Assembly (NCBI GenBank): GCA_030390025.1
Contig: CM059432.1
Span: forward strand, 84,136,001 to 84,200,000
DNA: 64,000 nucleotides
Direction of reading: 5' to 3'
Origin: Squalus acanthias
Taxonomy: Eukaryota
Shown: positions 40,301 to 51,270 of the stretch, one piece after another
Layout of the letters: each line of letters begins with the position of its first letter
Position numbering within the stretch: position 1 is the first letter of the stretch
Translations under genes and position numbers: made by a program
The notes under the pieces: generated by a model
Databases searched by the model: none
Told to the model about the DNA's origin: nothing
What the model saw: the letters and a program-made list of their open reading frames with translations, nothing else

Positions 40301-40581
40301 GCTTGGCAGCAAAATGATTACAGGTCTCTCCAGGCTGAGATTCAAGGCTGCAATGAGCAGGGTGTGGCTGGGGAGCAAGTGGCCCCCCCCGCTTTAAGAA
40401 GTGTCCGGCGCCAGTGTGTCTGTGTTCCCTCGCTAACTGGCAGCAGCTGCGCTGCGCTTGTGCGCTGAGTTAGCGCCTCACTCCTTGGCCTTTGCGCCTT
40501 AAGACAGGTGTGCCGCGCCTGCTTTAGCGCTCCACTCACCTCCCGGGGCGGTAAAAGTGAAGTTTCCTGTCAGTGCCGATA

Positions 40582-40600
40582 ATTAGCGCCAGGCGCTAAT
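40582..40600. promoter_or_regulatory. Subterminal palindrome ATTAGCGCC-A-GGCGCTAAT, candidate partner-protein binding site
   Basis: Perfect 9-bp arms. Conserved at 53372-53390, ~21788-21804 and 5416-5434. Function inferred. Confidence 0.55.
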
Positions 40601-40792
40601 ATTTGCGTCCGGACGATATTTGCGCCCCAAATGGGGCGCGACCTAATTTCTACCCCTAAGTGTCCTGTTATCACATCCTTTATAATAAACTCTAGCATTT
40701 TCCCTACTACTGATGTTAGGCTAACCGGTCTGTAGTTCCCTGTTTTCTCTCTCCCTCCAATCTGCAGGAACTGTTCCATAATCTATAGAATT

Positions 40793-41590
40793 TGAAATAA
40801 AAACAGAAAATGCTGGAAATACTCAGCCGGTCAGGCAGCATCTGTGGAGAGAGAAACAGAGTTAACGTTTCAGGTCAATGACCTTTCGCCAGAACTGGAA
40901 AAAGTTAAAGATGTAACAGATTTTAAAGCAAGTGCAGGGGCAGGGAAAGAGAAGAGGGGAGGAAAGAATAAAAAGGAAGGTCTGTGATAGGGTAGAAGGC
41001 AGGAGTGATTAAATGACAAAAGGTATGATAGCACAAAGCAAAAGGAGATGGTATTGGGACAAGTAAAGAAACAAAAGATGAGTCTAGAAGAGGTGTAAAT
41101 GGGAATGGCAGAATCATCAACAGCTGACATATGAAAAAATAGGGGCCGAGGTTATGGTCTGAAATTGTTGAACTCGATGTTGTGTACAGAAGGCTGTAAA
41201 TTGCCTAATCGAAAGATCAGGTGCTGTTCCTTGAGCTTTCGTTGAGCTTCGTTGGAACAGTGTAAGAGGCCAAGGTCAGACTGAGAGTGGAGCAGAGAAT
41301 TAAAGTGACAGGCGACCGAAAGCTCGGGGTCACGCTTACAGACTGAACAGAGGTGTTCCACAAAGCAGTGCCCCAATGTAGAGGAGACCGCATCGTGAGC
41401 AGTGAATACAGTATACTAAATTGCAAGAAGTACAAGTAAATTGCTGTTTCACCTGGAAGGAGTGTTTGAGGCCCTGGACGGTGGGAAGGGAGGAGGTAAA
41501 AGGGCAGGTGTTGCATCTCCTGCACTTGCACGGGAAGGTTACGTGGGAAGGGGAGTGGGTGTTGGGGGTGATTGAGGAGTGGACCAGGGT
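40793..41590 (-). mobile_element. Penelope-like element 3' part (GIY-YIG endonuclease fragment and tail); outermost tail piece at ~33716-33748
   Basis: Minus strand encodes FTCTSCNLVYCIHCSRCGLLYIG...FVEH...VACHFN...EQHLIFRLG. The tail appears split by the CR1, with AAATAAAA on both sides. Confidence 0.88.
40860..40896 (-). ncRNA. Minimal hammerhead ribozyme motif, core mutated
   Basis: Minus strand reads AGUU-CUGGCGA-A-AGGUCA-U-UGACCU-GAAAC-GUU-AACU. This gives stem I AGUU/AACU, a palindromic stem II and palindromic AACGUU for stem III. Confidence 0.7.
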
Positions 41591-41591
41591 A

Positions 41592-41941
41592 TGTTGTAGA
41601 GAAATGGAAACTTGTGTGCGTAAGAATTGACTGAAGTACTGTACGTTGACCAGAGACTACCATATAAGGCAATGCCAGTTCCAGTTTGATAAGGAGAAAA
41701 ACAGTGTATAAAAAAGCTTTTGTGTTAAATTTTAGAAGAGAGAAACGTACAAGGATGAGCGCGTGCCTACGTTCAAATCTGCTGACAAAACTCCGTTTGT
41801 AAATTGCGTTATACTCTGAAGAAATTATACTCCACTTTTAAATCATTTTTTAGGTTAAAGTAGAAAATATAAAGTGATTATAAGCATAAGACTGAATTTG
41901 TTACTATTCAAGTGAACAACAGAAGATTGTTCAAAACAACA
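41592..41941 (+). mobile_element. 350-bp probable solo LTR without matching TSD
   Basis: Inverted termini TGTTGT...ACAACA and TATAAAA near 41707. The flanks GGGTA and CCCCC do not match. Confidence 0.6.
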
Positions 41942-43915
41942 CCCCCTCATCCCACAATCTCTTCTGATTTACAATCTGCACCTGGTGTAAGCATGCAGCT
42001 AATGCTTTCCCCCCTCCCTTCAGCACAACCCTACCCTTGTGCCTTTCTCATTTCAGACACCCAAGAATTTCAGCCTGTCCAGCCAGTGCTCGATGAACAA
42101 GAGGGAGAGGAGAGTCCAGAAGAAGAACAAACACCATCACTCAATTTCACGCTCCCACTCACCAGCTCAGATACTGACACTCCACTAGCTATATAGGTTG
42201 TGTTATGCAGTATCTGCACTTGGTGAGACACTGGGCCTGCAGCCAGGGCAGGGGGAATGGGTAGCTCAGGTGCCAGCTCACCGGAGGGCGAGGTCGCACA
42301 AGAGTTCTACTGCATAGGACTCAAATGAAGACCTCAATGGGGTGGCCTACAGAAGAACGCTGATGGATATGCACAATGACATGCTTGGTGTATTGGCAGG
42401 CCTGCCAGAAAGCCTGAATGCAATGTCAAGGAGCAAGGAGGAGTCCAGCTCCAGCCTTGCACAGGGCTTTGGGAAGAGCTTGGAGCCCATGCTTTCCAGT
42501 GTGAAAGGGATGGGCTGATCCATTAACGCATCTTGCAGCGCCTGATGGCCAATGTCTCATCTTCCATTGCAGCCCAAGCACAAGCTACCCAAAGTCTGAG
42601 TGCTGCAATGGAAGCTCGCACTGAAGTCATGCAAGCACAAATTACTGCCATCATGACTGGGTTTACCAGTGTGGAAAGGGCCTTGCAGGTTGTCACAGCA
42701 GTCCAGCAGTCTGTACTCCAGCAGATTACTAGGATTGCAGAGGGGCTGCCCCGGGGGAGTGGCAATGGATCTGTGGAGGCAAACCCTGCTGTCCTCTCTC
42801 AAGGTGATAGCATTCGTCCTCCCACCACTGCCACTCCGCCAGTGCTCCTGCTGTTGCCTGTCAGCCAGCCAGCCAAGGCTGCTGCCGCCCATGCCGAGAT
42901 GGTGCAGTCTGAAGTCTGGCCTACTAGGCCCATAGCTCCTCAAGGTCATCCTGCAAGGCCTTCTGCAGTCTCCCCCACTGAAAAGCAGCAGCCTTCCACC
43001 AGCCATGCTGCAGCTGCTGGGGTAGAACTGTGTAGGAGCACTAGAATAGGCAAAAGCACACAGAAGAAAGTCACTAAGGGAATGCACAAGGCTAATTAGT
43101 TAAATTTTTAATGTAATATTGCATGGATATATGGATAAAGTTTGATTGGAAAGTTTGCTTTGTGGTGGCTTTTATTTCAGCATTGTGGCCAAGATAACCC
43201 TATGATGGTCTGTAACAGAGGGAAGGTAAGGTGTGGGACTAATATTGAATGGGGAATAGGGGTTGCGTTCAATCGTACCACAGGCGAATGATTCAATCCC
43301 GGATATCCTGGCCAGAAAGGGGCTGTCTGGATTGCCTCTTTCCTTCTGCCTCTTCCTCTTCCACCTGCTCCTCTTCCTCCTCCTCCTGCTCCTGAGCTGG
43401 TGTCTGTATCCCTGGTGGCAAGGACTTTGCCCTCATGATGGCCAGGTTGTGAAGGATACAGCAGACCATGATGAATTGGGACACATGTTCCGGTGAGTAC
43501 TGTAGGGCTATGTTCCTCCCGAGCAGTCCAGGCAGTGGAAGCAATGTTTAAGGGCATCAATGATGTTTCATGTGGCAGCATGGCTCTCGTTGTAAGCATG
43601 CTGCCCACGTATGGTTGGGTTGCGGAGCGGAGTCATGAGCCAGGTGGTCAAGGGATAGCCCTTGTCGCCCAGTAGCCACCCTCTGGTTTGTCTTGGTGGC
43701 TCAAAGACTGAGTGAACGGCGGACTGGCGCAGAATAAAAGCATCATGACTTCTGCCAGGATACTGGGCATTTACCATCATGATGTACCGAGCATGGTCGC
43801 ACACCAACTGTTCATACCGCAAGTGGTTCTCTTTGCGGTTGCGGTACAACTCAGCATTTATATATGGTGCCCACAAAGCCACGTGTGTGCAGTCGATGGT
43901 GGCCTGCACCATGGG

Positions 43916-46900
43916 TGTAATATATGTGGGTAGAACAAATGAAGGACAGAGACACGATGAGTTGCTAGTCAAGATGCTTGTTTACTAGGCCAGAGCGAAC
44001 TGAGCTTGCTCATACTAAACCATGTGACAAACCATGTGATAATACATTACACTGCTTTCCCCTCAAAAAAATGAATGTATTCCTCTCTCTAATACAACAA
44101 AACTATTGTCCTACCTTTCCCAGCATTACATGTACCACATAACAAAAACTCCTGGCTTTTTTTCTTTTATATCAACTACAAATGTTACAAATGAACTACA
44201 AATCCAGTTTAATAACAGGTTTGCAGCGCCTTCCTGATCTCCTTACAAAAGGTTTTGGTGTTGAAACGATTTTTGGCCTGTTTTGTTTTGGTTCTGAACT
44301 CAAAGAAGTAGGTACCACCACTCTGTTTCCCCACTTGATACAACCTTGCTCACAAGACAATTCAGTACGACAGTTATGGAATGGTTTCAACTCTGTGTTC
44401 ATACACTGATCAGTCCATCCATTCAAGGTGTTTTCATACACTTTTGTCAGTACTGAGTCCTTTTGAGTCTCAATTGCAATCTCAGTTGCATTCACGGGAA
44501 AGTCTTTGTCAACTGCACCTAGTGTGAAAATCTCACCTTCACTCCCAACACGAGTCTTCATGTGGCAACCTGGACAAGGCATCTGCGATTGCATTTTGCT
44601 TTGAAGTGCGATATTCAATCTTGTAGTCATATTGTGACAACAACACTGCCCAACGTTGCATTCTTGATGCGGCCATTGCAGGGATGGCAGATTTGGGCCC
44701 CAATATTGCTAGGAGCAGTTTGTGATCGGTTATCAGTGTAAATTTTCTGCTGATCAGAAACTGTTGGAAGTTCTTGATTCCAAACACTATGGCAAGTGTT
44801 TCCTTTTCAATTTGTGTGCAGTTTCTTTCACTCTTTGTGAGGGTTCGCGATGTGAAGGCAATTGGTTTCTCTTGGCCATCATCCATTATGTGGCTTCTGA
44901 CAGCTCTCACACCATAGCTAGAAGCATCACACGCTAACTTAAGCTCACGCTCTGTGTCGTAGTGCACAAGCAGAGCATCATTAGAGAGACTTCCCTTACA
45001 AGCGTCGTAAGCTTCCTGTTGCGCTTTTGTCCACTTCCACTGGACATCCTTCTTGAGGAGCTCGTGCAATGGAGCTAACATGGTCGCTAACTCAGGTAAG
45101 AAACGTGTATAGTACTGGACCATTCTAAGGAAAGATCTGAACTCAGACACGCTCTGTGGCTTTGGAGCATTGATGACAGCATTAACCTTTTCCTTCACTG
45201 GTTGCAAGCCATTTGCAGCAACTTTCAGACCAAGGTACACAACCTCGGGCTGCACAAAAGCACATTTGCTCCTTTTCATTTTGACATTGTGGGAATTCAA
45301 CCTTTGAAGCACTAAATCTAACACTTCCAGATTTTCTTCCTCACTACTTGTTGCGATCAGCACATCATCTTGATTGCATAAGTAATTTGGAATTCGTTTC
45401 AAAATCTTATCCTTTGTAGCCTGGAAAATTTTGGGGAAGGACTTTACACCATACGGCAGTTTGGTGTATGAGTACAGTCCCTTGTGTGTGTTGATGGTGA
45501 GATACTGTTGACACTCTTTGTCAATATTCAACTGAGCGTAAGTGTGCGACAGGTCAAGCTTGGAGAAAACCTTTGATCCAGAGAGTGCTGCATACAAATC
45601 TTGCGATGTAGGTAACGGGTACTGCTCATCGTCAACTGCTTGGTTGATAGTAACTTTGTAGTGACCACACAAGCATACAGTTTTGTCTGCTTTGGACACT
45701 ACCACAATCGGGGTAGCCCATTCACTTTTGTCAGTTTTTACTCGCACTCTGTTCTCTCTGAGCTTCGCTAGCTCTTCCTCCACCTGACTTTTCAACGCAT
45801 AGGGGACCGGCCTTGCCTTACAATAGACAGGCTTCACGTTGGACTTGATGCAGATATGCGCATCATACCCAGTGATGCCCTCATAACTGTCTGTGAACAT
45901 GCTTTCGTACTTGTTCAGCATTGTGTCGAGTCGCTTCTTTGAAGTATCTACACTGAAGATATTTTTCCAGTATAGTTTTAATTTTCTCAACCAGTCTTTG
46001 CCCGTGAGAGTTGGCCTGTTGTTGTAGCTCACTACAACAATAGGCAGCTTTACTGACTGGCCATTGTGTTGAACTGTACTTTCCATTTGTCCACATGTCT
46101 CTAGGATTTCTCGGAGTAGGTTTTTAACTCTACGGTACTCTTTGTAAATGGTATTTGATTAAACTTACTCTCATATGTGTCCTTACTCATGATAGTGCAG
46201 TCTGCTGCCGTGTCAATACACATATCAATTGGTCATTGATCAAAAGTTTTGTATGGAAGTCTTTCTCACGATTGCTAGCGTTGCCGCTAGTGGAATAGAT
46301 ACTGTAGATGCCTAGTCCTTCAACATCAGGTGTGTCCACTTCAATATTGTGAATTCCTCCCTTTTGTTGTCGCTGCTTTGCATTCTTACTTCCTGCTTTA
46401 GATCTAGCTCTGCAAGCTGTTGAAATATGGCCTTGCTTCTGACAGTGTAAACACTTCACATTTCTGTATTGGCAGGACTGTGGTAACTGATTTCCATTGC
46501 AGCGATAACAATTCACTGAACTGCTCTCACCGACATGCTTTTGACTTGGTCTCACAACTTTAGGTTTGGCGGTGGCTTTGTGACTGTAGACCCCAGCTGC
46601 ACTAGTCACTTGAGTTGGACAGAGCTCCCCAGCATTCTTAGATGCCATCTCCATAGATAGGGCAATTTTGCATGCTATGTCAAACGTTAGGTTCAGAGTG
46701 TTCAGTCACTTGGACTGTCTGCACTCATCCACCAGTCCACACACAAACTTATCTTGCAATGCACGATCTAAAAATGTGCCGAAGTTACAATGCAAAGACA
46801 GGTTCTTAAGAGCTACAATGTACTCACTGAAGGTTTCACTTTGTTTTTGGTTTCTGGTACCAAACTTATAGCTCTCTGCTATTTCTAACGGCTTTGGGTA

Positions 46901-47480
46901 GAAATGGTCCTCGAGTTTTTTGACAATGTCTTCAAATGACACATTCTTTGCTTTCCCTGGCGCAAGTAGCTTTATCAACGTTTCGTAGACATCTGGCCGG
47001 ATTTCCCTTGGAAAAATTGCTTTTTTTACGTTCACAAATTACTTTATTTTGAGCTTGAAAATTGTCATCTGCACCTTCGGTCTCAATAATGTTATTGGCC
47101 TTAAAAAACATCTCCATCCGCTCAATGTAAGAACTGAATGGTTCACAGGCTTGGTCATACATGCCGAGGATTCCGATGAATCCTGTAGGTGTGGCCATGA
47201 TTGTCCCGATCCCGTCGAGCAGTGACTTAGCACGCTACCTGTGTACCTTAAACTTTTCTACACAAAAGTTGAACACGGTGTTCTTCCATGATTGCTAAAA
47301 ATAGCTTTGGGATCCCATCCTCGTCGCCAAAATGTAATATATGTGGGTAGAACAAATGAAGGACAGAGACATGATGAGTTGCTAGTCAAGGTGCTTGTTT
47401 ACTAGGCCAGAGTGAACTGAGCATGCTCATACTAAACCATGTGACAAACCATGTGACAAACCATGTGATAATACATTACA
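43916..47480 (-). mobile_element. Gypsy (Mag-like) LTR retrotransposon with both LTRs; integrase core deleted
   Basis: LTRs 43916-44051 and 47333-47480 with TSD ATGGG. PBS TGGCGACGAGGATGGGAT (47329-47312, tRNA-Ser(GCU)-type); PPT at ~44052-44064. Gag with CCHC knuckles, IDTAA protease, RT and RNase H. Confidence 0.96.
44539..46086 (-). pseudogene. Gypsy pol fragment (RT, RNase H), 515 aa open segment
   Basis: FSKLDLS, LPYGV, NQDDVLI, CDASSYG and TDHK motifs; frameshifts on both sides. Confidence 0.93.
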
Positions 47481-49797
47481 ATGGGGAAGTCCGCTATCAT
47501 GATAAAGTCATGTGCACGCTCCATCTGCTTCTCTCTGGTCAGAGAGAAGACAATGAAGTCCCCTCTCCTGGTACAAAGAGCATCTGTCACCTCTCTTATG
47601 CAGCAGTGGACGGCGAACTGGGACATGTTACAGATGTCGCCTGCTTCAGCTGGAAGGATCCCGACACGAAGAAATTCAGTGCCACTGTCACCTTCACAGC
47701 CACTGGCAGCGCTGACCTTGCCCTGGAGAGAGGCTGCAGGTCTGGTTGCAAGAGGTGGCAGAGTTTTGTGAGCACCTCCTTCATAAATTGCAGATGCCTC
47801 TGATACTGTTCCTGACTCAGGTTGAGGTAAGAGAATTGCTCTTGGAAGACCCTAAGTAGGTAAGGCCTCTTCTTTGCGGCCTATGCTCCGTCTCCCTGTC
47901 ATGCTGCAGGGCAATGAGGATAACAACTAGAGCACCCACGAATGGGAGCAAGTGGTCTGACCAGAACCCTTAAAGTCAGAAGCAAGGTTTTCTCCACTTG
48001 CAGCACCACTCCCTGTCACCTCACCAACTTTAAATAACTCTAGAAAGCTCCAATCAGTTCCACAAACTTGCACAGAGCCAGTAAAAATCAAAAAGTAAGT
48101 TACCTTAAAGTTGTCGATGATCCCTTTAAATATTGCTGGTGGGGGGGGTTCCTGCTGTTGAACGCACGTTCAGCTGTGCAAGGTTAGGAGAGGGCGTTAG
48201 CTCCAGTGATGATGATGAAAATGGCAGTGCCGGCGTCAAATCAGCCAATCTGCCTACTTACCATACTTCTAGTGCCACGCTCCTAATGGCCGCCCTACCG
48301 CCCTCACCAAGATGGCGTCTGGCGCGGCCTGCACCAGAAGTGTGCATGCTGCTCGGAAGCCATTTTGGTCCCAATTCAGCACCTGCAGCACTCAAACAAC
48401 AGGCGCTACGGAACCAAATTTCTCGCCCAAGGCCTTTTAAAATAAGAGAAATATTTCATAGCAGATAAACTGAACCGATAACTTTGATTTTAGTAAGCTA
48501 GCAGAATGGCCAAGATGGATAATAACATTTGAAAGATTTAGAATTGCTTCAGACTTAAATAAGAAAGAAGAACTAAATCAGATTAACATACTAATAATAA
48601 CTCACTGTCCAAGAATGATGGAAGTATTTATGAAACTATGAGATTGATTCAAATAATTTTTGTAGACCACAGAATCTCATTTTTGAAAGAGTTAAATTCA
48701 ATCAAGGAAAACAAGATGAAGTCATATCAGTAGACTGCTCATAACAGCCTTATACTGTTAAGCCGAACACTCTGACCATGATACGCTGCATGATGAAATG
48801 ATTTGAGATTGTGTTGTAGTGGGACTACAAGATGGGATGCTGTCTGAGAGATTACAGTTAGATTCCAAGTCAATCCTTGATAAAGCAATAACTTAAGCAG
48901 AACAAATTGAAACTACTAAGAGATAGCCAATAGTAATCAGGCAGCAGCCAGTAGGGGGAGAAAAATATCAATTCACTTGAAAAAGTGTGGAAGACCACAG
49001 CAGACTGGAAAAACAAAGCAGCCAAAGCATATTTCCAAGCAGGATTATAGAAAAGAAGTGAAGACTCTAATGGAATAGAGAACCTGTGATTGATGTGGGA
49101 GGTTCTCAGTACATTCCAGATACTTATGCTTGACTAGGGAAATCAATTGCCATAATTTTCACCGAAATAGATACTTCCAGGTGGTATGCCAGAAATAAAA
49201 AGCAGTTGTTAATATTTCAGAGGGGACCCAGAAAGAATATAAGCTATACTGGGCAAGATAGAAAGAAAAGGATAAAACTCATTGTTAGTAACATTGGGGT
49301 AAAAATTCAGTTGGTTGCGCCTCCCGTTAGCGCCTTAAGAGGGCGCTAATGGGGCGCAAAGCCGCTAGCGCCCGGGCGCAGCGATGTTTGCGCCGCTCAG
49401 GAACTTAATTGTGCGGCGGCGCTAAACTTTACCGCCGCGACCACCTGCGCGCGCAGATTGTGATGTCATTCCATGGTGCAATGCCCTTGTGGCGCCCCGG
49501 AGCGGAAATTGAGTGGCGCCCCCTGCCTTACCGCCTGGCGCATCCAACGACCGGAAGACTGGAACGCTATCAATCGCTGTGGGGCTGGGGGGGGCGCTAT
49601 TTAAAGGGGGCCTCTTCCTGTCTTTTTCTGTGGTTGACATTTTTGCACCACTCGTTCTGAGAGAGAGAGAGAGATTCGGAGAGAGAAAGAGAGACTTCTG
49701 CATTGAGTCAACGCTTTGTGAGGTAGTTTTGCCTACTGATCCTAACTTCGCTGCTACTTTGGTTGCTGTCCTTCATTACTTTGCTTGCAAAGAGACT

Positions 49798-50958
49798 ATG
49801 GGGGCTGCACTGATTGGGGGCGTCGTCCTGCTCCAGCTGAATCGGAGGACACAGAGACGCAGAGAGAGAGTGGCAATGATGGCCAGACGGAGGAGGGCCA
49901 ACAGGCGTATGTACAGGAGAGCTTACCCTCCCAGGGTATATCGTGAACAGCTCTCCTACATTCATATGTCTGAGGAGCTGTGTTTGCGAAGGCTGCGATT
50001 CAGCAAGGAGGTGGTCACTGAGCTCTGCCACCTGCTGCAGCCAGATCTGCAGCCTCAACTGAGGTCCAGGACGTCTCTGTCGGTGGCAGTGAAGGTCACA
50101 GTGGCTCTCAACTTCTACGCTACTGGCTCATTTCAAGCTGCTGTTGGGGACCTCGCCAATATCTCCCAGTTCGCGGTGCATTGCTGCATCCGGCAGGTCA
50201 CAAATGCCCTCTTTAAAAGGAGACAAGAGTTCATCTCTTTCCCCATGACCCCAGACAAGCAGCGTGACCGCGCTCTGGGCTTTGCGAGGATAGCGGGCTT
50301 CCCCATGGTGCAGGGCGCCATTGACTGCACGCATGTGGCTTTGCATGCTCCACATGAGAATGCCGAGGAATTCCGGAACAGAAAGGGGTTCCATTCCTTG
50401 AATGTTCAGTTGGTCTGTGACCACAGACAGCTGATACTCGCTGTCAATGCCCACTATCCTGGCAGCTGCCACGATGCTTTTATCCTGCGCCAGACTACTG
50501 TGGCAGAACTTTTTGAGGCACCGCATCAGCCAGTTGGTTGGCTTCTCGGGGACAAGGGGTATCCATTGAGCACCTGGCTGATGACACCGCTCCGTACGCC
50601 CAACACTCCTGCTGAGCTGCGGTACAACGAGAGCCATCAAGCTACCAGGAACATCATTGAGCGCACAATCGGCGTGCTGAAGCAACGCTTCCGCTGTCTC
50701 GACCATTCTGGAGGAGCCCTGCAGTACTCGCCTGAGCGAGTATCCAACTTCGTAGTTGTGTGCTGCATGTTGCATAACATGGCAATCGTCAGGACCCAGC
50801 CAATGCCACCAGGCCTTGGAGCACCACCAGAGGAGGAGGAGGAAGAGGAGGAAGAGGACGAGGAGGATGATCATCAGCAGCACCAAGGCGGGAGGGTGGC
50901 CCACAATGGTGAAACTGCAAGGGCCGTCCGTCAACGGCTGATAGCAAGCCGCTTCTAG
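49798..50958 (+). CDS. PIF/Harbinger DDE transposase, 386 aa, intact
   Basis: ATG homologous to 37023. GAIDCTH, LGDKGY and IIERTIG are present with no stops. Confidence 0.95.
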   Translation: MGAALIGGVVLLQLNRRTQRRRERVAMMARRRRANRRMYRRAYPPRVYREQLSYIHMSEELCLRRLRFSKEVVTELCHLLQPDLQPQLRSRTSLSVAVKVTVALNFYATGSFQAAVGDLANISQFAVHCCIRQVTNALFKRRQEFISFPMTPDKQRDRALGFARIAGFPMVQGAIDCTHVALHAPHENAEEFRNRKGFHSLNVQLVCDHRQLILAVNAHYPGSCHDAFILRQTTVAELFEAPHQPVGWLLGDKGYPLSTWLMTPLRTPNTPAELRYNESHQATRNIIERTIGVLKQRFRCLDHSGGALQYSPERVSNFVVVCCMLHNMAIVRTQPMPPGLGAPPEEEEEEEEEDEEDDHQQHQGGRVAHNGETARAVRQRLIASRF

Positions 50959-51270
50959 GGCCCCTGCTGTGGAAATGGCTTCTGCCATTGCTAACAACAT
51001 CAATGAACCCAGCACGCAACCCCTAAGCCGGCCAAGGCACCAATAATTCCAAACACCAAACATGTATATTTTGAATACAAAAACTTATTTATTTTACAAA
51101 CTCTGTGTGTGTCATTTCCTCATGACAAACTCATAGAAATAAACACAAAAAAACAGTCAATAACATAACTGGTTCTCACAACCTGGAGATAATGTCCAAA
51201 ACACTAAACAAAAGTTGGACCACGAACCTCGGCCTTTAATAAAAAAGTGACCAGCATTTTGTCACACCTC

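Larger units (their letters stand above)
36510..40656 (+). mobile_element. Full-length Harbinger copy B (4147 bp), apparently intact and autonomous
   Basis: TIRs GGGGTAAAAATT / AATTTCTACCCC. Perfect TAA TSD (36507-36509, 40657-40659). Two open convergent genes. Confidence 0.97.
33749..40792 (-). mobile_element. CR1 LINE 3' half in three pieces (33749-34191, 35642-36509, 40657-40792)
   Basis: RT motifs in ORF 35668-36222 and 3' UTR hairpin at ~33760-33800. The sequence rejoins across both insertions. Confidence 0.93.
33478..48428 (-). mobile_element. Decayed reverse-orientation Harbinger spread over 15 kb by nested insertions (partner exon 1 ~33478-33597, exon 3 ~42057-43099, transposase ~47940-43270)
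   Basis: QCRKKFNDLTRVVK|gt at ~33555-33600, ORF 42533-43099, and transposase halves flanking the Gypsy. TIR-like AAATTTCTCGCCC ends at 48428. Joining exon 1 to the rest is an inference. Confidence 0.7.

Noticed and set aside
47312..47329. tRNA gene
   Set aside because: Only 18 nt matching a tRNA 3' end including CCA, next to an LTR; it is a primer-binding site.
49513..49797. N-terminal extension making a 481-aa ORF
   Set aside because: It starts at a non-ATG codon, runs through the TATA box and GA repeat, and is not open in copy B.
50128..51063. Long antisense ORFs opposite the transposase (also 37353-38159)
   Set aside because: Shadow frames of a GC-rich coding strand with no recognisable motifs and inconsistent ends between copies.
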